From contig JAFVXO010000117.1 in NCBI GenBank assembly GCA_017501105.1, forward strand, positions 1 through 52,697: a stretch of 52,697 bases of DNA, in the 5' to 3' direction. Positions 1-8,792 of this stretch are shown here, in pieces. Source of the stretch: Clostridia bacterium (GTDB taxonomy: Bacteria; Bacillota; Clostridia; RGIG7378). The notes beneath the pieces are model-generated. The model was not told the DNA's origin. It searched no databases and worked only from the letters and a program-made list of their open reading frames with translations. Position numbers and translations under genes: made by a program. Numbering within the stretch: position 1 is the first letter of the stretch; the number at the start of each line of letters is the position of its first letter.

Positions 1-717
1 CTTGCTGTCTCCTACTATGGGGCACCCCAGGGCCGCCATCTGGGCTCTGATCTGGTGTGTTCTGCCTGTATAGAGCGTCACCTCTACCTCATATACAGCC
101 GGTGTGTCATTGACCATGCCTACCACCTTGTAGCCGGTTATTGCCTGCAGCCTGTTGGGGCCTGGTTGGTTATATACTTTGACCATTCCCCTCTTGGCAT
201 CCTTCTCCATGTAGGATACTACCTTGTCGGACTCCTTGGGTGGTCTGCCAAACACCTTAGTCCTGTATTTCTTTGTAATATCCCTATCTCGAATCAGGGC
301 GGTTATCCTGTCCCTCTGCTCCTCTGTCTTTGCAAATATGACAAGGCCTGCGGTGTTCCTGTCCAGTCTGTGACAAGGCTGCAACTCGCCGGGCATAATA
401 TCCACCAGCGTCAACTCGTTTTCCGGACCATCGCACACGCAGATTCCAGCCGGCTTATTCACGATGGCAATGTTGTTGTCCTCATATGCAATCTGAGGTT
501 CCTGAATGCCCATCAGGACATAATCTGCTATGTAGGCCTGTACAGAATCGCCCGCATACACAACGTGGCTAGCATCTACTCTCTTGCCATTTACCTTAAT
601 ATCCCTTTGCCTAAAGGCCTTGTGCAGGGCGGATTTTGGCATCCTGTCAAAAGTTCCCGTCAGGAACCTATCAACAGTCACGCCATTATGCTTATCTGTA
701 ACAGTAAATATCCTCAT
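1..717 (-). CDS. RluA-family pseudouridine synthase with S4-like N-terminus; the C-terminus runs off the left window edge
   Basis: Not in the ORF track. My manual translation of the minus strand from ATG 717-715 gives MRIFTVTDKHNGVTVDRFLTGTFDRMPKSALHKAFRQRDIKVNGKRV... It contains the catalytic-Asp motif HRLDRNTAGL and the motif GRTHQIRAQ. The frame stays open to position 1. Its ATG overlaps the trmFO stop as ATGA (714-717). The listed plus ORF 55..756 is its antisense shadow. Confidence 0.85.
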   Translation of the reverse strand, partial: MRIFTVTDKHNGVTVDRFLTGTFDRMPKSALHKAFRQRDIKVNGKRVDASHVVYAGDSVQAYIADYVLMGIQEPQIAYEDNNIAIVNKPAGICVCDGPENELTLVDIMPGELQPCHRLDRNTAGLVIFAKTEEQRDRITALIRDRDITKKYRTKVFGRPPKESDKVVSYMEKDAKRGMVKVYNQPGPNRLQAITGYKVVGMVNDTPAVYEVEVTLYTGRTHQIRAQMAALGCPIVGDSK

Positions 718-2030
718 TCTGTGATCATCTGCTGGATAATGTCCAGGCTGTTTTGAGCAATGAGCTGGTATCTCTCCATCTTGGACTGCCTGCGCACCTT
801 GGGAAACTTTTCTGTATCCACAATGCCAAAATTGGCCTTCATGGGCTGGAAGTCTCCTCCCGCATAGTCTGAGGCATGATGGGCCAAAGCTCCAATAACA
901 GTACATGCCGGGAACTCTACAGGCTCCTGACCCAGTACTGCTCTGGCAGCGTTGATTCCTGCTACAAGGCCCGAGGATGTGGATTCAATGTAACCCTCGA
1001 CACCTGTTATCTGTCCTGCAAAGTAGATGTTTGGCTTGGTTTTGAGCCTATATGTGGAGTCAAGTCTGCCCGGAGACTTGATGAATGTATTGCGGTGCAT
1101 TACGCCATAGCGCAGGTATGCTGCATCCTTGAGTCCTGGAATCATGCCAAATACTCTCTTCTGTTCCGGCCATTTGAGATTGGTCTGGAAACCAACCAGA
1201 TTGTACATGGTGCCTGCCTTGTTCTCCTTGCGCAGCTGTACGCAGGCATAATCCTCTCTGCCTGTTCTGGGGTTGGTCAGTCCTACCGGCTTAAGGGGGC
1301 CAAAGCGCATGGTGTCCTCTCCTCTGGAGGCCAAGGCCTCGATGGGCATACATCCCTCAAAGTGGATCATGTTCTCAAAGGAGTGGAGCTCCACCTGCTC
1401 AGCCTCCAACAGCGCATTTCTAAACTCAATGTACTGCTGCTTGTCCATGGGACAGTTCAGGTAATCCCCGTCTCCCTTGCCATATCTATCGGCACAGTAG
1501 ACTATGCTCATGTCGATGGAGTCTGCATCCACAATAGGGGCAGCAGCATCGTAGAAATACAAGGCTGTATCTCCGATTAACGTCTTGATATATTGGGGCA
1601 GTTCTCCGCAGGTCAGTGGGCCTGTGGCAATTATCCATATGCTGCCGTCGTCTGGAATTGTATCTACTAACTTGTTGATAACAGTTATATTGGGGTTGCT
1701 CTTGATAGCATCTGTTACGTACTGGGTAAACTTGTGCCTATCTACGGCCAAAGCACCTCCTGCAGGTACTGCAGAAGCATCTGCTGCAGACAAGATCAAG
1801 GAGTCTAACTTTCGCATCTCGTGTTTCAATAGACCGGATGCGTTTTCTATATTGTCCGCCCTCAGGGAATTGCTGCACACAAGCTCGGCAAAGGACTCCA
1901 GATGGTGTGCCGGAGACATATGTGTAGGCTTGCACTCGTACAGATTGACCTTGACGCCGCGTTTCGCTGCCTGATAGGCGGCTTCGCAGCCCGCCAGTCC
2001 TGCTCCAACAATATTAATTGTCTGATTCAT
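714..2030 (-). CDS. trmFO: Methylenetetrahydrofolate--tRNA-(uracil-5)-methyltransferase TrmFO (Gid)
   Basis: N-terminal FAD dinucleotide fold MNQTINIVGAGLAGCEAAYQ and TrmFO-like length. I moved the start from 2075 to ATG 2030 because a GGAGAGG RBS lies about 10 nt upstream. The new start overlaps the topA 3' end by 17 nt. Confidence 0.9.
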   Translation of the reverse strand: MNQTINIVGAGLAGCEAAYQAAKRGVKVNLYECKPTHMSPAHHLESFAELVCSNSLRADNIENASGLLKHEMRKLDSLILSAADASAVPAGGALAVDRHKFTQYVTDAIKSNPNITVINKLVDTIPDDGSIWIIATGPLTCGELPQYIKTLIGDTALYFYDAAAPIVDADSIDMSIVYCADRYGKGDGDYLNCPMDKQQYIEFRNALLEAEQVELHSFENMIHFEGCMPIEALASRGEDTMRFGPLKPVGLTNPRTGREDYACVQLRKENKAGTMYNLVGFQTNLKWPEQKRVFGMIPGLKDAAYLRYGVMHRNTFIKSPGRLDSTYRLKTKPNIYFAGQITGVEGYIESTSSGLVAGINAARAVLGQEPVEFPACTVIGALAHHASDYAGGDFQPMKANFGIVDTEKFPKVRRQSKMERYQLIAQNSLDIIQQMITE

Positions 2031-4137
2031 CTTGAGTTGCCTCTCCGTTGGTTGCTTCCTTGGCCCTGGATGCACACAATGGGTTACCGCACTTGACCAG
2101 GCGCCTGCGCTTAAAGTAGTTAGTCACCATAAAGCCACCACAGGTAGGGCAGGTTTTGTTATTCACAACGGTTCCCCATTCCATGTAGTCGCAGCTGGGA
2201 TTGTGCTCGCAGACCAGGTACTTCTTGCCCTTCTTGGTGGTGCGCTCCAGTACACTGCCTCCGCACTTGGGACAGTTGGCTCCGGAATCCACTCTGATAG
2301 GCTTGGAGTTCTTGCACTTGGGGTATCCGGGGCATGCCAGGAACTTGCCATTCCTGCCTGTCTTGACCACCATATTACGACCGCACTTGTCGCAGACCAC
2401 GTCGGAAACCTCCTCCTTGATCTCCATGGTGCTGATTTGAGTCTGAGCCTTGAGTATGGAATCCGCAAATGGACCATAGAAATCTCTGAGGATTTCCTTC
2501 CAGTTAGCGTCGCCCTCAGAAATGGAGTCCAACTTGTTTTCCATATCTGCAGTGAAATTCTTATCTACTATCTCTGTAAAGTTGTCCACCATAAGTTCGT
2601 TGACAACAGAGCCCAATTCCGTGGGAACCAGGTACTTCTTATCTCGCTCCACATAGGTTCTGGACACAATGGTGGCGATGGTAGGTGCATATGTGCTGGG
2701 ACGGCCGATACCCTCCTCCTCTATTGCCTTGATGAGGGTCGCCTCTGTGTATCGCTGAGGAGGCTGGGTGAAGTTCTGCTTGTCCTCCAATTTGTTAAGA
2801 GTCAAACAATTGCCCACCTCTAATGCGGGCAGCTTAACTGCAGTGTCGTCCTCCTTGGCATCGTCGGTGGTCTCCTCGTAGAGTGCCAGATATCCGGGGA
2901 ATGTAACCTTGCTGCCGGAGGCCTTAAATGTGTGGCCGTTGCAGTCGATATCCACCTGCATAGTGTCGTAGGTGGCTGAGGCCATAAGGCTGGCCAGGAA
3001 TCTATCCCAAATCAGCTTGTACAGCTTATACTGCTCACTTGTCAGAGATCCCTTGATATCCTCGGGGTGCAGGTCCAGATGGGCAGGTCTGATGGCCTCG
3101 TGGGCGTTTTGGCTGCCGGACTTGTTCTTGTAATAACGATCCTTGGCAGGCAAATACTGGCTGCCATAGGTGCTGCGTATAATCTCTTTGCCTGCTGCTC
3201 TGGCCTCGTCTGCAATACGGGTAGAGTCTGTTCTGATATATGTTACCAAACCTGTGGAGCCATGGCCCTGTATCTCAACGCCCTCGTAGAGCTGCTGAGC
3301 AATCTGCATGGTGCGTCCACTGGTAAATCCGTACTTGCGGGATGCGTCCTGCTGGAGAACACTGGTGGTAAATGGCGGTGCAGGGTTGCGGGTCTTGGTA
3401 CCCTTCTTGATACCTGATACTGTAAACTGCTGACCATTAATATCTGCCAACACCTTGTCTACTGCGGCCCTGTTGGGCAGAGCCTTCTTCCGGCCTTGTT
3501 CGCCGTAGTATTTGGCGTCAAAGGAAACACTCTCTCCTACAGGCGATAGGTTTGCTGTAATTGTCCAGAACTCCTTGGGCTCAAAGGACTTTATCTCCTT
3601 CTCCCTGTCACAGATCATACGGACCGCCACAGACTGTACTCTGCCTGCGGATAGTCCCTTCTGCACCTTGTTCCACAAAATTGGACTGATCTTGTACCCC
3701 ACAATGCGGTCCAGAATACGCCTGGTCTGCTGTGCGTCTACCAGGTGCATGTCTATGGCCCGAGGGCTCTGCAGTGCGGCCTTAACCGCATTGCCGGTAA
3801 TTTCGTTAAAGGTAATACGGCAGGGAGATTGGGGATCTATGCCCAAAATAGTGGCAGTATGCCATGCAATTGCTTCTCCCTCGCGATCAGGGTCCGATGC
3901 AATCAGAACCTGCTTGGCCTTGGATGCGTGCTTCTTCAGATTAGTAATAACGTCTGCCTTGCCTGTGATATTCACATATCTGGGCTTAAAGTCTCTGTCT
4001 ACATCTACGCCCAGCTGATTGGTAGGCAAATCTCTGATATGGCCTACTGTGGCCTCAACGTCAAAAGAGCCATCAAGAAACTTCTTGATAGTCTTAACCT
4101 TGGTTGGGGACTCTACAATTATCAAACACTCAGACAT
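2014..4137 (-). CDS. topA: DNA topoisomerase I
   Basis: TOPRIM start MSECLIIVESPTKVKTIKKFL, DPDREGEAIAWH, active-site region YIRTDS, and C-terminal Cys4 zinc ribbons (CDKCGRNM..CPGYPKC, CPKCGG..CEHNPSC, CPTCGG). Confidence 0.95.
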   Translation of the reverse strand: MSECLIIVESPTKVKTIKKFLDGSFDVEATVGHIRDLPTNQLGVDVDRDFKPRYVNITGKADVITNLKKHASKAKQVLIASDPDREGEAIAWHTATILGIDPQSPCRITFNEITGNAVKAALQSPRAIDMHLVDAQQTRRILDRIVGYKISPILWNKVQKGLSAGRVQSVAVRMICDREKEIKSFEPKEFWTITANLSPVGESVSFDAKYYGEQGRKKALPNRAAVDKVLADINGQQFTVSGIKKGTKTRNPAPPFTTSVLQQDASRKYGFTSGRTMQIAQQLYEGVEIQGHGSTGLVTYIRTDSTRIADEARAAGKEIIRSTYGSQYLPAKDRYYKNKSGSQNAHEAIRPAHLDLHPEDIKGSLTSEQYKLYKLIWDRFLASLMASATYDTMQVDIDCNGHTFKASGSKVTFPGYLALYEETTDDAKEDDTAVKLPALEVGNCLTLNKLEDKQNFTQPPQRYTEATLIKAIEEEGIGRPSTYAPTIATIVSRTYVERDKKYLVPTELGSVVNELMVDNFTEIVDKNFTADMENKLDSISEGDANWKEILRDFYGPFADSILKAQTQISTMEIKEEVSDVVCDKCGRNMVVKTGRNGKFLACPGYPKCKNSKPIRVDSGANCPKCGGSVLERTTKKGKKYLVCEHNPSCDYMEWGTVVNNKTCPTCGGFMVTNYFKRRRLVKCGNPLCASRAKEATNGEATQDESDN

Positions 4138-4196
4138 CAGTAATTACTCCTTTGCACGAACATGTATATAACATACTTTGCCTGTGCAGGCAACCG

Positions 4197-5294
4197 CTAA
4201 CCGGTTTTGCCAACAAACCAACCGGGTGTAACCTCGGTAACTTCCCCGAATAAAGTCAGGAACGTCAGAGACTGGGCTACGGTTCCCGGATCAAGTGACA
4301 GTGTGTCGCTCAACTGTTCTACCGTGCAGGGAGTAGACTTTATCTCAGCTAACAGCCGTTTGTCAAGATTGCTCAGTTCTATCCCCTGGGCTGTATAGCC
4401 GCTGTGTCGTCTGGCAAATACCCCTAATCCGCTATCCAGCATAAAGTCCTCATAGGAGGTATACACATGAGCCCCTTGCTGAATCATTTTGTTTGTACCC
4501 GTGCTCTTGGAACCGGTTATGTTGCCCGGTACGGCATATGTATCCCTGCCTATGTCATTCATATAATCCACTGTAGAGAAGCACCCGCTCTTTGTTCCCG
4601 CCTCTACCACCACCAGCACCGTGCCCAAACCCGCAATAAGTCTGTTTCTCAGTATAAAATCAGACCTGAATATTGGCTTGCCCGGAGGTACCTCTGTCAA
4701 CAGACAGCCCTCCGCCTTCAGAATAGGATTTATCAGATTACGATTTTCTACAGGATACGGCTTGTCTATGTTTCCTGCCAAAACTGCTACTGTGCGCCCT
4801 CCGTTTTCACAGGTGCTGCGATGGATCAGCCCATCCACTCCGCTGGCAAATCCACTGACAGTAGTTAGTCCATGGGTACCGCATTTGCGGCCCAGTTCCT
4901 CTGCCACAGCCATTCCGTAGTGAGAGCAGGCCCTGGTACCTATTACAGATACTCGCCTCTCCTTGGCCAACATCTTGCCCCTGTAAAACAGAGCAGGCGG
5001 CGGGTTTTGTATATCCATCAGAGACTGAGGATAATCCGAGTCTCCCATGAGGCAGACACCCACATTCTCCCTGCGTATTATTTCCATGGACTTGTCCGTA
5101 TACTCTGTAACTGCTCCCTCCGTCATTGCCTCCTTAGCCTTGTGAGACAGAAACTTCAGTCGTCCTATCTGATCTGCCGTTAATGCCCTTATATTTTCAA
5201 AGCTGCCAAACATGCGGAGCAACTTGCCAATTCCAGCCGGACCTATTTCAGGGATCATCAGGGTGTATATAACGTCATATATTTTCCTATCCAT
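4197..5294 (-). CDS. dprA: DNA-processing protein DprA (Smf)
   Basis: DprA Rossmann-like core (VSVIGTRACSHYG, SGFASGVDGLIHR, VVVEAGTKSGCFSTVDY). I moved the start to ATG 5294 (MDRKIYDV), which has AGGGGGA about 9 nt upstream. It overlaps the comM stop by 8 nt. Confidence 0.85.
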   Translation of the reverse strand: MDRKIYDVIYTLMIPEIGPAGIGKLLRMFGSFENIRALTADQIGRLKFLSHKAKEAMTEGAVTEYTDKSMEIIRRENVGVCLMGDSDYPQSLMDIQNPPPALFYRGKMLAKERRVSVIGTRACSHYGMAVAEELGRKCGTHGLTTVSGFASGVDGLIHRSTCENGGRTVAVLAGNIDKPYPVENRNLINPILKAEGCLLTEVPPGKPIFRSDFILRNRLIAGLGTVLVVVEAGTKSGCFSTVDYMNDIGRDTYAVPGNITGSKSTGTNKMIQQGAHVYTSYEDFMLDSGLGVFARRHSGYTAQGIELSNLDKRLLAEIKSTPCTVEQLSDTLSLDPGTVAQSLTFLTLFGEVTEVTPGWFVGKTG

Positions 5295-6798
5295 CTGAAC
5301 ATATCCCCCTATAGGACAGGGCACCCAATATGTGGTTCCTGCCAACGGTTTCATCCCCGTCTAGATCAGCCAGAGTTCTGGCCACTCTCAACATGCGAAA
5401 ATATGCCCTGTTGCTAAAGCCGTATTTTTCCACAGCCCTGTCGTACAAGGCACAGGTTTCCCTGTCCAGAGCACAATAGCTGTTTACCTCAGACGGAGTC
5501 ATCTGGGCGTTGTATCTGCCCTCTACGCCAAATCTCTCCTGCTGTATGCGGCATGCCATCATCACCCGCTGGCGCATTTCTTGGGAAGTCATACCCGATT
5601 GTCCTCTCATCTTCTCTGGAGGTTGTGTTGTCATCTTTACGTGCAGGTCTATTCTGTCCAAAAGTGGCCCGGATAATCTGTTCAGGTAGGTGCGCCTCTC
5701 TCCGGATGTACAAGTGCACTTACCCGGATCGTCCAACAACTTGCCGCATTTGCAGGGATTGGCTGCCAATACACATAGCAAGTTGGCCGGAAATACTACT
5801 CTGGTATTTTGACGCAGCAGATGTATAGTTCCCTGTTCCAATGGTTCCCTGAGTGTATCCAGACACTCCCCAGGGATCATCGTGGCCTCGTCCACAAACA
5901 GTATGCCATTATGGGCCAGAGAAGCTGCTCCGGGCACAGGTATTCTGCCTCCACCGGTCAGGGCTGCCTTGGTAGTATTGGAAGACACCTTGACAACAGG
6001 CCTGGTGCTGATCCATCCCTTGTCTTCTCCTAGCTTTCCTGCTGCACTGTATATGCCTGTGGTCTCAAACATCTCCTGCCTGGACATTGGAGGCATAATA
6101 GAGGGCAACCTCTCAGCCGCCATAGTCTTGCCACAGCCTGGGCTGCCGATGAGCAGCGTATGATGTCTGCCCGCCGCCGCAACCATCATGGCAGTTTTTG
6201 CCTCTGCATTGCCATATATATCCCCGTAATCAGGTGCATCTTCCTCCTCTGTCCACCTGATCTTCTGGGCGGCCGGTTCTGCCTCCACCCCATCCACGAT
6301 GCAATGCAGCACCTCTGAGAGGGTTGCCCCATAATGGACTCGCCGATTTCTCATCAGCTCTGTCTCGCCCGCATTGCCAGCAGGGATCAATATCTCCTTG
6401 TCCGTCTCCCTGAGGCAATAGTCCACCATGCTAATGGCGCTTCTGCAGGATTTGATTCTGCCATCCAGTGACAACTCTCCCACCAAGACAAACCTCTCCA
6501 AAACCTCCTGGGGCAAATTGTACATATGGGCATAGATCGCCACTGCCAGCGCCAGGTCGATGGCCGCACAGCTTTTGGGCATGTCTGCGGGGGCAAGATT
6601 CACCGTAATATGCCCCTTGGGGAAGCTGTAATTGCCATTTTTAAGGGCAATGCGCACTCTCTCTGCTGCCTCCTTTTCGTAGCTTCCAGCACAGCCCAAT
6701 ACGTCAAAATCCGGCAAGCCGTTGCGCAAATCCACCTCTCCGTGTATTAAAAATGGCCTCATGCCGTAACACCCACAGGAATAGACCCTCTTAATCAT
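5287..6798 (-). CDS. comM: YifB/ComM-family Mg-chelatase-like AAA+ ATPase
   Basis: Lon-protease-like N-domain, then Walker A LLIGSPGCGKTM and Walker B-like GILFVDE. The C-terminal Mg-chelatase subunit ChlI-like tail follows. This is the typical comM-dprA-topA order. Confidence 0.85.
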   Translation of the reverse strand: MIKRVYSCGCYGMRPFLIHGEVDLRNGLPDFDVLGCAGSYEKEAAERVRIALKNGNYSFPKGHITVNLAPADMPKSCAAIDLALAVAIYAHMYNLPQEVLERFVLVGELSLDGRIKSCRSAISMVDYCLRETDKEILIPAGNAGETELMRNRRVHYGATLSEVLHCIVDGVEAEPAAQKIRWTEEEDAPDYGDIYGNAEAKTAMMVAAAGRHHTLLIGSPGCGKTMAAERLPSIMPPMSRQEMFETTGIYSAAGKLGEDKGWISTRPVVKVSSNTTKAALTGGGRIPVPGAASLAHNGILFVDEATMIPGECLDTLREPLEQGTIHLLRQNTRVVFPANLLCVLAANPCKCGKLLDDPGKCTCTSGERRTYLNRLSGPLLDRIDLHVKMTTQPPEKMRGQSGMTSQEMRQRVMMACRIQQERFGVEGRYNAQMTPSEVNSYCALDRETCALYDRAVEKYGFSNRAYFRMLRVARTLADLDGDETVGRNHILGALSYRGICSDG

Positions 6799-6802
6799 AA
6801 AA

Positions 6803-6831
6803 AATCCTCCCGAAACTCCTTCGGGAGGATT
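6803..6831 (-). terminator. Perfect 12-bp hairpin plus T6, ending directly at the comM ATG; its 3' arm contains the comM Shine-Dalgarno sequence
   Basis: The minus strand reads AATCCTCCCGAA-GGAGT-TTCGGGAGGATT-TTTT-ATG. The arms are 6820-6831 and 6803-6814, and GGGAGGA lies at 6805-6811, 6 nt from ATG 6798. Confidence 0.55.
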
Positions 6832-6956
6832 ATATTCTCTCTATAAACAGGTATTTTGCCCAAGAAACCCTGAGGCCGTTGAATTTTAGGGGATTAGAAA
6901 AATTATAGCCTTAACCTCTGTCATCAAATCACTGTTGTAATTCGTCGAAAATTATT

Positions 6957-7703
6957 TTATTTTGGCTGTCCGTAATTTACGTTCCACAGACACAGTCCCC
7001 TGGCCGGAGCCTTGTACCCCTTGATGTCGGCATTTCTGTCATGCAGCGCCTCTGCTATCTGATCCCTGTCGATATGGCCCATAACGCACCCCATGGCCAC
7101 TCCAACTATGTTTCTGACCATGTTGTGCAGAAACCCATCACCGGTTATATACACCTTGAGCAGATCTCCCTCCTCCAGGGCCTGCACCTTAGTAATGCAA
7201 CGAACAGTGTTTTTGTTGGAAGATCTGGTGGCAAATGGATTGAAATCGTGGGTGCCCAGAAACATATTCAACACCGACTGCAGCTGTTCTACCTGGACCT
7301 TCTGCCCAAAGGCCACTGCCACGTCGCTGTACATGCCGGGATTGGTGTTGCTGTTCCAAATTGTGTAGCAATACGTCTTGTCTACTGCGTGAATTCGGGC
7401 GTTGAAACGGTCCTCCACCTGTTCCATATCCAGCACAGAAATAGTCCTGGGAAGTATACTGTTTACTCTCTCTGTAAATCGGGCTGCATCTACTGCCTCG
7501 GTACAGGAAAAACTGCACACCTGAGCCCTTGCGTGAACCCCGGCGTCGGTTCTGCCTGAGGCTGTTACCTCAATATCACAATCCAGCACGTCGGAAATAG
7601 CATTCTCCAATATGCCCTGGATGGTCTTGCGGCTATCCTTGAGTCTCTGCCAGCCGTCAAAATCCCGGCCGTTATATGAAACTGTTATCCTGTAGGTCGC
7701 CAT
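6957..7703 (-). CDS. truA: tRNA pseudouridine(38-40) synthase TruA
   Basis: MATYRITVSYNGRDFDGWQRL..., catalytic motif SGRTDAGVHA, TruA-like length. Confidence 0.9.
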   Translation of the reverse strand: MATYRITVSYNGRDFDGWQRLKDSRKTIQGILENAISDVLDCDIEVTASGRTDAGVHARAQVCSFSCTEAVDAARFTERVNSILPRTISVLDMEQVEDRFNARIHAVDKTYCYTIWNSNTNPGMYSDVAVAFGQKVQVEQLQSVLNMFLGTHDFNPFATRSSNKNTVRCITKVQALEEGDLLKVYITGDGFLHNMVRNIVGVAMGCVMGHIDRDQIAEALHDRNADIKGYKAPARGLCLWNVNYGQPK

Positions 7704-7705
7704 GA

Positions 7706-8788
7706 TTACGCCTTAACGCAGCTGTTGATTATATCCAGGATGGCATGGATAGTGTCCTTGGAGCCGAACTTGTGCATGGCCTCGATATGCTTAGGCCTGT
7801 TGCTATAGAGCTTCATCACCGCATTGTAGAGGTCCGCGGGTTCGTTGATGTCGGATTCTCTCAGCATGTCGCTATATCCCTTGGCGGTAAACTCCTCTGC
7901 ATTCAGCACCTGGTCTCCTCTGGAACCTGCCTCCAGGGGAACCAACAGCGCAGGCAATCCAATAGACAGATACTCGAAAATAGCATTTGCTCCGGACCTG
8001 GAAACTGCAATATTGGCGGCATGAAGCACGTCAGGCAGTTCCTTGTTGATATACTCATACTGCCTGTATCCTGCCAGGTTATCCAATGCGGCGTCCAGAT
8101 TCCCCTTGCCGCAGCCGTGGACTACGTCAAATGTCTCCAGTAGCATGGGCAGTGCATCTCTGACGGCCTTGTTCAGCCTCTGGGAACCCTGGCTTCCGCC
8201 CAAAACCAACAGAATAGGCTTGCCTCCATCAAAGCCCAGGAACTGTCTGCCTGCTGCTGCATTTCCATCCAGAACTGCCCTGCGGACAGGACTGCCCACA
8301 TATACCCCCTTGCCCTGGGGCAGGTGCTTGAGGGTTGCCTCAAAGGAAGTCAGCACCTTGGGAGCGAACTTTGCGGAAATCTTGTTTGCCAAGCCGGGTG
8401 TGTAGTCTGACTCATGGCATATACAGGGAATTTTGAGCATTTTGGCCGCAATAACTACTGGTACAGCCACAAATCCACCCTTTGAAAAAACCACATCAGG
8501 GCGTGCCTTGCGAAGCACCCTACGAGCCTGAAAAATGCCTGCAACAACTCGAAAGATGTCGGTAAAGTTCTTGAGGTCAAAATACCTGCGGACCTTGCCC
8601 GAGGAAATAGGGTAGTATGTTATGCCCTCGGCCTCTATGAGTTGCCTCTCAATGCCCTGTTTGGAGCCAATATAGCGCACCTCATATCCCTGCTCTGTGA
8701 GCCCGGGAATTAAAGCAAGGTTGGGGGTAACGTGACCTGCCGTACCCCCACCGGTTAAAATTATCAGTTTTTGTCTGCTATCTGCCAT
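7706..8788 (-). CDS. murG: Undecaprenyldiphospho-muramoylpentapeptide beta-N-acetylglucosaminyltransferase MurG
   Basis: LIILTGGGTAGHVTPNLAL N-terminal G-loop, GGSQGS motif, GT28 length. Confidence 0.9.
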   Translation of the reverse strand: MADSRQKLIILTGGGTAGHVTPNLALIPGLTEQGYEVRYIGSKQGIERQLIEAEGITYYPISSGKVRRYFDLKNFTDIFRVVAGIFQARRVLRKARPDVVFSKGGFVAVPVVIAAKMLKIPCICHESDYTPGLANKISAKFAPKVLTSFEATLKHLPQGKGVYVGSPVRRAVLDGNAAAGRQFLGFDGGKPILLVLGGSQGSQRLNKAVRDALPMLLETFDVVHGCGKGNLDAALDNLAGYRQYEYINKELPDVLHAANIAVSRSGANAIFEYLSIGLPALLVPLEAGSRGDQVLNAEEFTAKGYSDMLRESDINEPADLYNAVMKLYSNRPKHIEAMHKFGSKDTIHAILDIINSCVKA

Positions 8789-8792
8789 TTTA

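Noticed and set aside
55-756. 233-aa plus-strand ORF at the left edge.
   Set aside because: Its composition is Cys/His/Leu-rich and non-protein-like. The opposite strand translates into a clear RluA-family pseudouridine synthase (HRLDRNTAG, GRTHQIRAQ). This ORF is the antisense shadow.
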